The notes under the pieces were generated by a model. The model ran no database searches, was not told the DNA's origin, and saw only the letters and a program-made list of their open reading frames with translations. A stretch of DNA of 64,000 bases, from positions 128,001 to 192,000 of the forward strand of contig CAWIIV010000006.1 of NCBI GenBank assembly GCA_963836205.1. Direction: 5' to 3'. Made by a program: the position numbers and the translations under genes. Shown one piece after another: positions 19,002 through 29,340 of the stretch; the first letter of the stretch is position 1, and each line of letters opens with the position of its first letter. The DNA is from an uncultured Acidimicrobiia bacterium. GTDB lineage: Bacteria; Actinomycetota; Acidimicrobiia; Acidimicrobiales; AC-14.

Positions 19002-20375
19002 CTAGCGCTTCTTCCCCTTCTTGCGGGGACGGGGGGCACCGGGACGGTTGCCCGGGGGGCGAGCGCCACCGCCGCCACCGCCGCCACCGCCGCCCGCCGG
19101 CTTGGCCGTGGGGGGACGGGCGGGCACGAGCACGTCGCCGTTCTTTGCGGGGCCGTTCTTGGTGGGGCCGCCCTTGGCGGGGCCGCCCTTGGCCGGGCCG
19201 CCCTTGGCCGCGGGGGCCTTCGCTCCCGGCGCGGGGGTCTTGGCCGCGGGCGCCTTCGCCCCGGTCGGCTTGGACGAGCCCGCCTTGGCTGCGGCGGCCG
19301 GTTTCGCCCCGGCGCCGCCGGCGGACTTGGCCTTGCCCGAGATGGTTGCGTTGCCGCCGCTCGATCCCAGCGCCGCGGCCGCGGCCGGCGTGAGCACCGC
19401 CCCGCCGCCGCCCTTGGCCGCCAGCCGTTGCCGGACCGCCACGTAGCGGGGCTCCCGTTCCTTGACGATGGCCAGGATGGGGGCGGCGATGAAGATCGAC
19501 GAGTAGGCGCCGGTGAGGAGCCCGATGAGCAGGGCCAGGCCGAAGTCCTTGAGGGTGGTCGCACCCAGCACGCCGGCCCCGATGAGCAGGATCGACAGGA
19601 TGGGCAGGATGGCCACCAGCGACGTGTTCAGCGACCGCATGAGGACCTGGTTCATCGACAGGTTCACGGTGTCGGTGTAGGTGAGGCGGCCGGTGGCCGA
19701 CAGTCCCTTGGAGTTCTCCTCCACCTTGTCGAACACGACGATGGTGTCGTACAGCGAGTACCCGAGGATGGTGAGGAACGCCACCACCGTGGCCGGGGTG
19801 ACCTCGAAACGGGAGATCGAGTAGACGCCGACGGTGACGAAGATGTCGTGCACCACCGCGGCCAGGGCGGCGACCGCCATCTTCCACTCGAACCGGAGCC
19901 AGATGTAGGCGCTGATCAGCACGAAGAAGGCGATGAGGGCGGTGCGGGCCTTCTTGGTGACGTCCTTGCCCCAAGAGGGGCCGACGTCGTTGACGCTGAC
20001 CTGGCTGGTGTCGACGCCGCCCATCTGGGCCATGGCCTCGGTGATCCGCTGCTGTTCCTCGGGCGCCCGGGTGTCGGACTGCACCCGGACGGTGTCACCG
20101 CCCGCGATCTGGATCTTGGCGTCGCCCATCCCGAACGGCCGGAGCTGGTCGCGGGCCTCGGCCACCGAGACACCGGGGGCCTTCACCTCCCACGAGGTGC
20201 CGCCCTTGAAGTCGATCCCGTAGTTCAGGCCCTGGGTGAGCAGCGAGATCAGACCGGCGGCGATGACCACGCCCGAGGCGATGAACCAGATCCGCGCCCG
20301 ACCCGCGAAGTCGAAGGCGGTCTCGCCGTGGTAGAGGCGGTGACGGAGGGTGCGACCCTCGGCGTCGCGACTCAT
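19002..20375 (-). CDS. secF: Protein translocase subunit SecF with Lys/Ala/Gly-rich tail
   Basis: GIDFKGG, VGPSWG, LGYSLYDTIVVFDKV; ATGA overlap with secD. Confidence 0.95.
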   Translation of the reverse strand: MSRDAEGRTLRHRLYHGETAFDFAGRARIWFIASGVVIAAGLISLLTQGLNYGIDFKGGTSWEVKAPGVSVAEARDQLRPFGMGDAKIQIAGGDTVRVQSDTRAPEEQQRITEAMAQMGGVDTSQVSVNDVGPSWGKDVTKKARTALIAFFVLISAYIWLRFEWKMAVAALAAVVHDIFVTVGVYSISRFEVTPATVVAFLTILGYSLYDTIVVFDKVEENSKGLSATGRLTYTDTVNLSMNQVLMRSLNTSLVAILPILSILLIGAGVLGATTLKDFGLALLIGLLTGAYSSIFIAAPILAIVKEREPRYVAVRQRLAAKGGGGAVLTPAAAAALGSSGGNATISGKAKSAGGAGAKPAAAAKAGSSKPTGAKAPAAKTPAPGAKAPAAKGGPAKGGPAKGGPTKNGPAKNGDVLVPARPPTAKPAGGGGGGGGGGARPPGNRPGAPRPRKKGKKR

Positions 20376-21829
20376 GGCTTGGCCCCACCGGAGGCAACTG
20401 CGGCCGGTGCGTTGAGGCCCCGGGCCACGCCCACCCACCGGGCCTCGGTGAAGAGCCGGCTGCGCCCGAGCAGCACCACCATGGGCCGGGTGAAGACATA
20501 GGCCACCACCACGTCGAGCAGGGTGGAGAGGGCCAGGAAGAAGGCGAAGCCCCGCACCGAGCCCACGCTCAGCACGTAGAGCACCACCGCGCCGATGAAG
20601 GAGGCGGCGTCGGCGGCGAGGATGGTGCGGTAGGCCCGGGAGAAGCCCCGGTCGACCGACGAGCGGATGGTCTTGCCCGAGCGGATCTCGTCCTTCAGCC
20701 GCTCGAAATACACCACGTAGGAGTCGACGGTGACACCCACCGACACGATGATGCCGGTGGCCCCGGCCAGGGTGAGGGCGAGGCCGCTGGTGGTGCCGAG
20801 CCACGTGACCAGGGAGTACATGAGCGCGCCCGACACCAGCAGGCCCAGCCACACCACCAGGCCCAGGGCCCGGTAGTAGAGGACCATGTAGAGCGCCACC
20901 AGGCCCAGGCCCACCGCGCCGGCGATCATGCCCGCCCGCAGGGAGTCGCGGCCGAGGCTGGCCGAGACCGTCTGCACCGTCTGGCGGTCGAGCTGGACCG
21001 GGAGCGAGCCGTAGCGCAGCACCAGGGCCAGGTCCTTGGCCTCCCGCTCGCTGAAGTTGCCCGAGATCTGGCCCGACCCGGGGAAGTTGGTGGTCTGGAG
21101 GCTGGGGGCGGACTGGACGACGCCGTCGAGGTCCATCGCGATCTGGCCGTTGACGCCGACCTTCTCGGCCATCGCGTTCCACTGGGTGGTGCCTTCGGAG
21201 GTGAGGCTGAACTGCACCTCCCACACGCCGTTGGTGGTGTTGACCGTGGCCCGGGCCGACGACATGGCCTGGCCGTTGACCTCCGCCGGACCGAGGAGGT
21301 AGCGGGCGGGGACGTTGCCGTTCTCGTCCTTCTTCTCGGGGAGGACCACCTGGGCCTCGGGGGTGTTCTCCTCGGGGGTGGTGGTCTTGTCACGGTCGAT
21401 CGGGGCCGTCGTGGGCGTGGTGGGGTCGACGGTGGTGGTCGGCTCGGTGGGGACGGCGGTGGTGGTGGGCGACGGGGTGGCCGGCAGGCGCTCGAGCACG
21501 GGCCGGAAGTAGAGCTGGGCCGTCTGGCCCACGACCTCCACCGCCCGGTCCTTGTTCTTGACGCCCGGCAGCGAGACGATGATCGAGTCGCCCTGGCGGG
21601 AGATGTCGGGCTCGGCCACGCCCAGGGCGTCGACCCGGCTGCGGATGATCTCGATGGCCTGGTCGAGGACCCCGGAGGCGACCTCGTCGCGGGGCTGGAG
21701 CACGACCGAGGCCCCGCCCTGGAGGTCGAGGCCGAGCTGGGGGGAGTTACCGGCGGCGAGGGTGAGGCCGAGGGACCCCGCCGCCAGCACCAGAACCCCG
21801 ATCAGGCACACCGCCATGGAACGGGGCAC
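20372..21829 (-). CDS. secD: Protein translocase subunit SecD
   Basis: LGLDLQGG, RVDALGVAEP, GSLPV, VDSYVVYFER. Confidence 0.95.
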   Translation of the reverse strand: MPRSMAVCLIGVLVLAAGSLGLTLAAGNSPQLGLDLQGGASVVLQPRDEVASGVLDQAIEIIRSRVDALGVAEPDISRQGDSIIVSLPGVKNKDRAVEVVGQTAQLYFRPVLERLPATPSPTTTAVPTEPTTTVDPTTPTTAPIDRDKTTTPEENTPEAQVVLPEKKDENGNVPARYLLGPAEVNGQAMSSARATVNTTNGVWEVQFSLTSEGTTQWNAMAEKVGVNGQIAMDLDGVVQSAPSLQTTNFPGSGQISGNFSEREAKDLALVLRYGSLPVQLDRQTVQTVSASLGRDSLRAGMIAGAVGLGLVALYMVLYYRALGLVVWLGLLVSGALMYSLVTWLGTTSGLALTLAGATGIIVSVGVTVDSYVVYFERLKDEIRSGKTIRSSVDRGFSRAYRTILAADAASFIGAVVLYVLSVGSVRGFAFFLALSTLLDVVVAYVFTRPMVVLLGRSRLFTEARWVGVARGLNAPAAVASGGAKP

Positions 21830-21832
21830 TGA

Positions 21833-22303
21833 TCAGGCCTTCTCCCCGGGACCGGGCGGGGTGGTGGGGGGCGTCGTCGGGGGGGGCGGGATGTAGGAGA
21901 CGTCGGGCTCGGGCTGGGGCGGGGCGGGCGGCGCGGGCGTGGGCGCGGGCGGTGTGGGTGGCGGCTCGGGCTCGGGCTCGGAGGCGAGGAGGTCGTCCTC
22001 GAACTCGTCCATGTCGTCATCGACGACCTCGTCGTCGACCACCTCGTCGGGGAAGGCCGCGATCCGGGTCTGGATGGCCGACCGCAGCAGGCGGATCGAC
22101 GTGCCCGGCGCCACCTCCAGGGTGACGATGTCGTCGACGACCGAGACGATCGTGCCGACGATGCCGCCGGTGGTGATGACCTCGTCGCCGGCGGACACGG
22201 TGGCCACCAGCTCCTGGTGTTGACGGACGCGGCGCTGCTGGGGGCGGATGAGCAACGCCCACATGAGTCCGAACGTGATGATGAGAGGGAGAAGGGCTTC
22301 CAT
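21833..22303 (-). CDS. yajC: Preprotein translocase subunit YajC
   Basis: LIRPQQRR, GDEVITTGGIVG; acidic and Pro-rich tail. Confidence 0.92.
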   Translation of the reverse strand: MEALLPLIITFGLMWALLIRPQQRRVRQHQELVATVSAGDEVITTGGIVGTIVSVVDDIVTLEVAPGTSIRLLRSAIQTRIAAFPDEVVDDEVVDDDMDEFEDDLLASEPEPEPPPTPPAPTPAPPAPPQPEPDVSYIPPPPTTPPTTPPGPGEKA

Positions 22304-22371
22304 GGCAAGGTCGGCCCCGGAGGGCCCGCCGCGAAGACTACCCGGGTCGTGGTGGGTCGGTCAGGCCGGGG

Positions 22372-23412
22372 TCAGCCGAACAGCGGCGTCACGCCGGGCG
22401 AGCCCGACGCCGCCGCCGGTGGCTCCAAGCCGAGGTGCTGCCAGGCGGCGGGGGTGGCCACCCGGCCCCGCGGCGTTCGCTGGAGCAGGCCGAGCTGGAG
22501 GAGGAAGGGCTCGTAGACGTCCTCCACCGTCTCCGGCTCCTCGCCCACGCAGATAGCCACCGTCGACAGGCCCACCGGTCCGCCTGCGAAGCGGACGCAC
22601 ACCGCGCCGAGGATGGCCCGGTCGACCTTGTCGAGGCCCTGGGCGTCGACCTCGAACAGCTCGAGGGCGGCGTCGGCCGTGGCTCGGGTGACCACCCCGT
22701 CGCCCCGCACCTCGGCGTAGTCGCGCACCCGGCGGAGGAGACGGTTGGCGATGCGGGGCGTACCCCGGGCCCGGCGGGCGATCTCGAAACCGCCGTCGGC
22801 CTCGAGGGGGACCCCCATGATCCCGGCCGCTCGACGCACGATGGCCTCCAGCTCGTCGACCCGGTAGTAGTCGAGGCGGGCGACGAAGCCGAAGCGGTCG
22901 CGGAGGGGGCCGGTGATGAGGCCGGTGCGGGTGGTGGCCCCGACCAGGGTGAAGCGGGGCAGATCGAGGCGGATGGAGCGGGCGGACGGACCCTTGCCGA
23001 TCATGATGTCGAGCTGGAAGTCCTCCATCGCCGGGTAGAGGACCTCCTCCACCACCCGACTGAGGCGGTGGATCTCGTCGATGAACAACACGTCGCCCTC
23101 GACCAGGTTGGTGAGCACCGAGGCCAGGTCGCCCGCCCGTTCGAGGGCGGGACCGGATGTGATCCGGAAGCCGACGCCCATCTCCGCGGCCACGATGCCG
23201 GCCAGGCTGGTCTTGCCCAGCCCCGGCGGGCCGGCGAAGAGGAGGTGGTCGACCGGCTCACCCCGGCCCCGCGCCGCGCCCAGGAGGATCTCCAGGTGCT
23301 GGCGGAGCTGGCTCTGGCCCACGAACTCGTCGAGGCGCCGGGGCCGGAGGGTGACCTCGTCGCGAGCCTCCTCGGGGCCGGGATCGGTGGCCAACAGCTC
23401 GTTGCGGGTCAC
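22372..23412 (-). CDS. ruvB: Holliday junction branch migration helicase RuvB
   Basis: [39 protein letters not shown]. Confidence 0.97.
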   Translation of the reverse strand: MTRNELLATDPGPEEARDEVTLRPRRLDEFVGQSQLRQHLEILLGAARGRGEPVDHLLFAGPPGLGKTSLAGIVAAEMGVGFRITSGPALERAGDLASVLTNLVEGDVLFIDEIHRLSRVVEEVLYPAMEDFQLDIMIGKGPSARSIRLDLPRFTLVGATTRTGLITGPLRDRFGFVARLDYYRVDELEAIVRRAAGIMGVPLEADGGFEIARRARGTPRIANRLLRRVRDYAEVRGDGVVTRATADAALELFEVDAQGLDKVDRAILGAVCVRFAGGPVGLSTVAICVGEEPETVEDVYEPFLLQLGLLQRTPRGRVATPAAWQHLGLEPPAAASGSPGVTPLFG

Positions 23413-23428
23413 CGGCACCCCTGAGTGG

Positions 23429-24067
23429 TCATCGGCGGGCTCCGAGGAGGCGGAGGGCGGCCCGCAGGAGCTCTTCGACGCTGCCCTCGGTGGGGAGCTC
23501 ACGGAGGATGGTGTGGATCTCGTCGTGCTCGTAGCCGAGGGCGGCCAGGGCGGCCCGCACCTCGGCCCGGCTGGAGACCGACCCGTTGCCGTTGCCGTTG
23601 CCGTTGCCGGTGCCGTTGGCGTGGCCGTTGGCCGCCACCGCCGCCTCCAGGTCGCCGTCGGGGAGGTCGAGGCGGGACTTGAGCTCGATCATGAGCCGGG
23701 CCGCGGTCTTGCGGCCCACGCCGGGGACGAGGCAGAGGGCGTCGAGGTCGCCGTCGGCCAGGACCTCACGAAGCGAGCCCGGCCCGTGCACCGACAGGAT
23801 GGCGAGGGCCAGGGCCGGCCCCACCCCATGGGCGCCGATGAGGGCCTCGAAGCAGTCGCGCTCGTCGCGTGAGCCGAAGCCGAACAGGGTGAGGGAATCC
23901 TCCCGGACGGCGAGGTGGGTGTGGACCAGGGCGGTGGCACCGAGCTCGCCCAGGTGGGCCATGGTGGCCGGGGGGACGACGACCCGGTAGCCGACCCCAC
24001 CGACCTCGAGCAGGACCTCGCCCTTGGTCGACCGGTGCAGGATCGTCCCCCGCAGCGAGCCGATCAT
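23429..24067 (-). CDS. ruvA: Holliday junction branch migration protein RuvA
   Basis: [39 protein letters not shown]; NG-repeat linker. Confidence 0.95.
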   Translation of the reverse strand: MIGSLRGTILHRSTKGEVLLEVGGVGYRVVVPPATMAHLGELGATALVHTHLAVREDSLTLFGFGSRDERDCFEALIGAHGVGPALALAILSVHGPGSLREVLADGDLDALCLVPGVGRKTAARLMIELKSRLDLPDGDLEAAVAANGHANGTGNGNGNGNGSVSSRAEVRAALAALGYEHDEIHTILRELPTEGSVEELLRAALRLLGARR

Positions 24068-24582
24068 CGGGCCCGGGCCTCGGCGCCGGCGGCCAGCCGG
24101 GCTCGGAGGGGGGCGCTGGCGAGGTGGCACAGGGCCAGGGCGAGGGCGTCGGCGGTGTCGGCCGGCTTGGGCGGCTCGGCCAGCCCCAGCAGCGACTGCA
24201 CCATGCGCTGGACCTGCTCCTTCGACGCCGATCCGTAGCCGGCGACCGCCTGCTTGACCTCGTTGGGCGTGTACTGCACAACCTCGCACCCGGCCCGGGC
24301 GGCGATGGCCAGCGCCAGCCCGCTCGCCTGCCCCACCGACATGGCGGTGCGGGCGTTGACCTGGAAGAACACCCGCTCCACGGCCACCGCGTCGGGCCTC
24401 AGCTCGTCGACGAGGGCCTGCAGGTCGGTGTGGAGGGCGGCCAGCCGGGTCGGCAACGGGTCGGACGGAGGCGTGGTGAGCACGCCTGCGGCCACCAGAG
24501 TCGGCCGTTGGCCGACGGCACCGGCCAGGCATCCGTACCCACACCGGGACACCCCCGGATCGATCCCCAGGACGACGAACAT
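24064..24582 (-). CDS. ruvC: Crossover junction endodeoxyribonuclease RuvC
   Basis: VLGIDPG, AVERVFF, YTPNEVK, DTADALALALCH. Confidence 0.96.
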   Translation of the reverse strand: MFVVLGIDPGVSRCGYGCLAGAVGQRPTLVAAGVLTTPPSDPLPTRLAALHTDLQALVDELRPDAVAVERVFFQVNARTAMSVGQASGLALAIAARAGCEVVQYTPNEVKQAVAGYGSASKEQVQRMVQSLLGLAEPPKPADTADALALALCHLASAPLRARLAAGAEARAR

Positions 24583-24589
24583 GCGTTCG
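24576..24589. promoter_or_regulatory. LexA (SOS) box overlapping the ruvC start codon
   Basis: CGAAC-ATGC-GTTCG matches the actinobacterial CGAAC-N4-GTTCG consensus. TAGCCT (-10-like) is immediately upstream. Confidence 0.85.
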
Positions 24590-24637
24590 GAGGCTAGCCG
24601 AAACCACCGTCGGAATCGAGCATCCCCACCGCCTCGC

Positions 24638-24810
24638 CGAACTGGTGACGGTAGACGTCGTCCGGGCAACCAAAAATGTCACCGGATCGCAGCCGGATCG
24701 AACTGGTGACGGTAGACGTCGTCCGGGCAACAAAAAATGTCACCGGTTCGGCGGCCGGGATCGAACTGGTGACGGTTTCGGTCGTCAGACGGCCAAAAGT
24801 GTCACCGGTT
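24638..24810. repeat. Three tandem REP-like palindromes (GAACTGGTGAC...GTCACCGGTTC)
   Basis: Copies at about 24638-24689, 24699-24750 and 24762-24810; period 61-63 bp. Confidence 0.85.
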
Positions 24811-24819
24811 GCGGAGGGG

Positions 24820-25587
24820 TCAGTCCTCCTCGAAGGCTTCCATGACCGAGTCGGGGATGTCGAAGTTGGCGTAGACGGCCTGGACGTCGTCGTTCTCCTC
24901 GAGGGCGTCGACGACGCGGAGGACCTTGCGGGCGTCGGCCTCGGTCTCCAGGGCGATGGTGGACGTCGGGAGCATGGTGAGGTCGGCGTCGGTGACCTTG
25001 AGCCCAGCGTCCTCCAGGGCGGTGCGGACCTTGGACAGGTCGGACGGCGGGGTGATCACCTGCCACGTGTCGCCCTGGTCGACGAGGTCGTCGGCGCCTG
25101 CGTCGAGGGCCGTCATCATCAGCTCGTCGTCGTCGATGGAGTTTGGGCCGCCCGTCTTGGGCACGACCATCGTCCCCTTGCGCTCGAACTGCCACGCCAC
25201 CGCCCCCGGCTCGGCGCTCGATCCGCCGTTCTTGGAGAAGATGGCCCGCACGTCGGCGCCGGTGCGGTTGCGGTTGTCGGTGAGGGTCTCCACGTAGACG
25301 GCCACCCCACCGGGGGCGTAGCCCTCGTAGTTGATGGCCTCGTAGCGCACGCCCTCGAGGTCGCCGGTGCCCCGCTTGATGGCCCGCTCGATGGTGTCGG
25401 TGGGCACCGAGGCCTCCCGGGCCTTGGTGTACATCGAGCGGAGGGTGGCGTTGGCGGCCATGTCGGCCCCGCCCTCCCGGGCCGCCACCTCCACCTGGCG
25501 CAGGACCTTGGCGAAGACCTTGGCCCGCACCTTGTCCTTGGCGCCCTTCTGGTGCTTGATCGTGGCCCATTTGGAGTGGCCGGACAT
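24820..25587 (-). CDS. yebC: YebC/PmpR family protein
   Basis: MSGHSKWATIK, YEGYAPGGVA, TDNRNRT, DDVQAVYAN. Confidence 0.95.
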   Translation of the reverse strand: MSGHSKWATIKHQKGAKDKVRAKVFAKVLRQVEVAAREGGADMAANATLRSMYTKAREASVPTDTIERAIKRGTGDLEGVRYEAINYEGYAPGGVAVYVETLTDNRNRTGADVRAIFSKNGGSSAEPGAVAWQFERKGTMVVPKTGGPNSIDDDELMMTALDAGADDLVDQGDTWQVITPPSDLSKVRTALEDAGLKVTDADLTMLPTSTIALETEADARKVLRVVDALEENDDVQAVYANFDIPDSVMEAFEED

Positions 25588-25596
25588 GGAACCTCC

Positions 25597-26169
25597 TCAG
25601 GTCCTGCTCAAGAAGTGCTGGTGCAGGCGCAGGTCGCCCGACAGCTCAGGATGGAACGCGGCCACCAGGATCTGGCCCTGGCGGCAGAGGACGGGCTTGC
25701 CGTCGACCCGGGCGAGGACCTCGACACCCTCGCCCACCCGCTCGACGACCGGCGCCCGGATGAACACGGCCGGGAACGTGCCCCCGGCCAGGCCGTCGAC
25801 CGCCAGCGAGGTCTCGAAGGAGTCGACCTGGCGGCCGAAGGCGTTGCGCCGGACCGACACGTCGACCGCGCCGAACGAGCGTTGCTCGGGTCGCCCGTCG
25901 AGCACCTCGGCGGCCAGCAGGATCATCCCCGCACAGGTGCCGAAGGCGGGCATGCCGTCGGCCAGCAGTCCGCCGATGGCATCGAACAGGCCCGCCGACT
26001 CGAGCAGCTTGGACAGGGTCGTGGACTCGCCGCCGGGCAACACCAGCCCCTCCACACCGGCCAGGTCGGCGGGGGTACGGACCTCCACCGGGGCCGCGCC
26101 CAGGGCCCGCAACGCGTCAGCGTGGAGGCCGACCGCCCCCTGCAGGGCCACGATCCCGACCTTGTGCAC
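25597..26169 (-). CDS. pdxT: PLP synthase glutaminase subunit
   Basis: ALQG, LPGGESTT, GTCAG, RNAFGRQVDSF, FHPEL. Confidence 0.96.
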   Translation of the reverse strand: MHKVGIVALQGAVGLHADALRALGAAPVEVRTPADLAGVEGLVLPGGESTTLSKLLESAGLFDAIGGLLADGMPAFGTCAGMILLAAEVLDGRPEQRSFGAVDVSVRRNAFGRQVDSFETSLAVDGLAGGTFPAVFIRAPVVERVGEGVEVLARVDGKPVLCRQGQILVAAFHPELSGDLRLHQHFLSRT

Positions 26170-26189
26170 CTGGCGGCCTCACGGGAGCG

Positions 26190-27089
26190 TCACCAGCCGC
26201 GGTCCGACAACCGGACGCCCAGGGTGCCGATCTCCTGGCCGGGCATGGCCTTGCCCAGGCCCCGACTGACCTTGGTGACGATGTGGGGGTCGTTGAAGTG
26301 GGCGGTGGCCTCGACGATGGCCTTGGCCATGGCCTCGGGGTCGTCGCTCTTGAAGATGCCGGAGCCCACGAACACCGCCTCCGCCCCCAGCTGCATGACG
26401 AGGGACGCGTCGGCCGGGGTGGCGATGCCGCCGGCGCAAAACAGGGGCACGGGCAGGCGGCCGGCGTCGGCGACCTCGTTGACCAGGGCAATCGGCGCAT
26501 GGAGCTGCTTGGCCCACGCGTAGCGCTCGGCCGGATCGGCCACCGTCAGCTTGCGGATGTCGCCCAGGATCGAGCGCAGGTGGGTGACGGCCTCGACGAT
26601 GTTGCCGGTGCCGGCCTCGCCCTTGGAGCGGATCATGGCCGCCCCCTCGGAGATGCGGCGCAGGGCCTCGCCCAGGTTGGTGGCGCCGCAGACGAAGGGC
26701 ACGGTGAACGCCCACTTGTCGATGTGGTGGGCCTCGTCGGCGGGGGTGAGCACCTCGCTCTCGTCGACGAAGTCGACCCCCAGCACCTCCAGGATCTGGG
26801 CCTCGGCGAAGTGGCCGATGCGGGCCTTGGCCATGACCGGGATGGTGACCGCGGCCTGGATCGACTCGATCATGGCCGGGTCGCTCATGCGGGCCACCCC
26901 GCCGTCTCGGCGGATGTCGGCCGGCACCCGTTCGAGGGCCATGACCGCGACCGCACCGGCGTCCTCGGCCACCCGGGCCTGGCCGGCGGTGACGACGTCC
27001 ATGATCACGCCGCCCTTGAGCATCTCCGCCAGTCCCCGCTTGACCAGGTCGCTCCCCGTGGTGGGCCGGTTGCTCTGCTCGTCGGTCAC
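26190..27089 (-). CDS. pdxS: PLP synthase lyase subunit
   Basis: [45 protein letters not shown] 6 nt before GTG 27089 supports this start. Confidence 0.96.
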   Translation of the reverse strand: MTDEQSNRPTTGSDLVKRGLAEMLKGGVIMDVVTAGQARVAEDAGAVAVMALERVPADIRRDGGVARMSDPAMIESIQAAVTIPVMAKARIGHFAEAQILEVLGVDFVDESEVLTPADEAHHIDKWAFTVPFVCGATNLGEALRRISEGAAMIRSKGEAGTGNIVEAVTHLRSILGDIRKLTVADPAERYAWAKQLHAPIALVNEVADAGRLPVPLFCAGGIATPADASLVMQLGAEAVFVGSGIFKSDDPEAMAKAIVEATAHFNDPHIVTKVSRGLGKAMPGQEIGTLGVRLSDRGW

Positions 27090-27129
27090 GGGGGACATTC
27101 TACGGCCCGCACCGGCGAGCCCGGCCCGA

Positions 27130-28188
27130 TTAGGGAGCGACGGTCGTCGCCGGTTCGGGCACGGGCGGCGATTCGACGCTCACGTTGGCGTCGGAGTGGA
27201 CCAGCTCCACGACGGTGCGCCCGGGCGGGAACACCATAGGGGCGCCGTTGGCGTCGGCGAAGGAGGTGACCGTGATGGCGCCCACCTTCGACCACGTGCC
27301 CTTGGTGAGGGTGCCGTCGAGGAAGTACCACGCCTCACCCGACCCGGTGACCTCGGGGTAGGTGACGGCGGCGTCGGCCGCGAACCGGGCGTAGGGGACG
27401 AACTGCACGATCACGTTGCCGGGCGTCCACACCCCGCCGCCCTCCAGGTTGTGGGCCTGGCCGTTGGTCGACCGGGCCCACCCCTTGGCCTCCGCGTCCC
27501 ACGTGTAGGAGGCGGTGATGTCGGCGAGAGGGATGTCCATCGCCGAGACGGGGGTGGCGCCGACAGGGGCGGTGTACGTCTCCCCCAACTTCAGGAACTG
27601 GGCGAACGGCGGCGGCTCATCGGCGCCGTCGACCTGGCGGTAGAGCTTCTCGGAGTCGGTGTACAGGTTGTGGGGGGCGGACCGGCCCGACCGGCGGTAG
27701 AGGGCCTCGGTGTTGTTCTCGTCGATGAAGTCGAGGTCGGCGTTGCGCACCAGCTGGACGATGTTGGGGGCGCCGCCGGAGAAGACGAGCAGGCCACCCA
27801 GGGGCGCCACGATGAGAGGGTCGGCGGGCCGCACCGAACGCACCGGGCCGATGGGGTCGGCGTCGGTGGACTGGAACACGACGACGAAGCGGGTGATCCC
27901 CTCGGTGACCTCCTCGTAGACCACGTCGGCCGCGTCGAGCCCGGCCTGGGGGCGGGCGGCGGCGTTGTTGTCGATCTTGACCGTGACCGCCGCCCGGTGG
28001 AGCTTGTCCGGATCGGTCTGGGGCAGTCCGGTGAGCGGCGCCTGCGGCGGCAGCGTGGTGGACGTGGTGGCGGGCACGGTGGTGGTGGCCCGTCCCTGGG
28101 ACGCCTTCTTGCCGCCCCCGCAGGCGGCAGTGACCATGAGGAGGGCGACGGCCAGGACGATTCCGGCGCGCCGGCGGGAGATTGCCAT
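27130..28188 (-). CDS. DUF3048 (YerB-like) lipoprotein
   Basis: Lipobox TAAC; VKIDN..ARPQAGL..AD.VYEE, GPVRS.R, APHNLY. Confidence 0.85.
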   Translation of the reverse strand: MAISRRRAGIVLAVALLMVTAACGGGKKASQGRATTTVPATTSTTLPPQAPLTGLPQTDPDKLHRAAVTVKIDNNAAARPQAGLDAADVVYEEVTEGITRFVVVFQSTDADPIGPVRSVRPADPLIVAPLGGLLVFSGGAPNIVQLVRNADLDFIDENNTEALYRRSGRSAPHNLYTDSEKLYRQVDGADEPPPFAQFLKLGETYTAPVGATPVSAMDIPLADITASYTWDAEAKGWARSTNGQAHNLEGGGVWTPGNVIVQFVPYARFAADAAVTYPEVTGSGEAWYFLDGTLTKGTWSKVGAITVTSFADANGAPMVFPPGRTVVELVHSDANVSVESPPVPEPATTVAP

Positions 28189-28191
28189 GCG

Positions 28192-29104
28192 TTAGAGCTC
28201 CTTGAGGGCCTGGATCCGCTCTTCCAGCGGCGGATGCGTGTCGAACAGGCGGTTCAACCACGCTAGGCGCCCCTCCTGCTGGGTGCGAGCCAGGGGCGAC
28301 TCGATCCAGAGGTGGGCGGTGGCCCGGGACGACGAGTGCACCACCGTGGTGTCGTCCTTGAGCTTCTCCAGGGCCGAGATCAGCCCCGGGGGATACCGGG
28401 TGAGCGACACCCCGCTGAAGTCGGCCAGCGCCTCCCGCCGGCGGGAGACGGCGAACTGCATGACCCGGGCCACCACCGGCGCGATCAGGAGCAGCACGAA
28501 GCCGAGGACGGCGAAGACGGCGGTCGGACCGGCACCCCCGGGGCTGGAGTCGTCGCGGTGGCGGGGGCCGCCCCACCACAGGAAGCGGAGGCTGAAGTCG
28601 GCCACCAGGGCGACGACGCCCACGAAGGTCACGGCCAGGGTGGAGACCAGGACGTCATAGTTCTTGATGTGGCTCAGCTCGTGGGCCAGGACGCCTTCCA
28701 GCTCGATGCGGGTCAGCTTCTCCATCAGCCCGGTGGTGACGGCGATGGCCGCGTGTTGGGGGTTGCGGCCGGTGGCGAAGGCGTTGGGGGCGGGATCGTC
28801 GACCAGGTAGACGCGGGGCTTGGGCAGGCCGGCCGCAATACAGAGGCCCTCCACCAGGTTGTGCAGCCGGGGCTCGCTCTCGGGCGTGGTGAGGCGGGCG
28901 TGGCTCATGGCCAGGGCCACCGCGTCGGACTTGTACCAGGCCAGGGCGGATCCGACCCCGACGACGACGAGGGCGATCAGAAGGCCGGCGATACCGAAGT
29001 CGAAGAGGAGACTGGACGGCCCACGCCAGGCCCATGAACAGCACCACGAATCCCACCACCAGCAGGACCGAGCGCCGCTTGTTGGACGCGATCTGCTCGT
29101 ACAC
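28192..29104 (-). CDS. htpX: M48 zinc metalloprotease HtpX, +1 frameshift near 29014
   Basis: GTG-YEQIASNKRRS N-terminus is in one frame; PNAFATG, HELSH and THPP are in the next. Removing one base joins them. Confidence 0.88.
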
Positions 29105-29106
29105 AG

Positions 29107-29320
29107 GCTCGCTACGCTCGCCGGAAGGGCTTGGAGCCGCCTTCGGCGGCACGATCTTCTTGTTCCGGCCGACCAAGCTCGCTGCGCTCGACGGTCGGTC
29201 GGTCCGCCGCCTTCGGCGGCGGAGGTGCTCGGTGCGGTCACAGCTCGCTGCGCTCGCCGGGAAGGCTTGGAGCCGTCTGCGGCGACACGTCTTGTTGTTC
29301 GCCGCCTTCGGCGGCGGAGA
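29107..29320. repeat. Composite repeat: 3x GCTCGCT(A/G)CGCTCG alternating with 3x GCCGCCTTCGGCGGC
   Basis: Motif A at about 29107, 29177 and 29243; hairpin motif B at about 29136, 29206 and 29301. Confidence 0.8.
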
Positions 29321-29340
29321 CGCTTGCGTCTGTTGTCACA

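Noticed and set aside
24638-24810. CRISPR-like periodicity (61-63 bp), also at 29946-30086
   Set aside because: Only 2-3 units, interiors near-identical rather than unique spacers, no cas genes, and the same arms are dispersed elsewhere.
28192-29241. HtpX with the unusual Trp/Cys-rich N-terminus given in the ORF track
   Set aside because: The conserved YEQIASNKRRS start is in another frame; a one-base insertion explains it.
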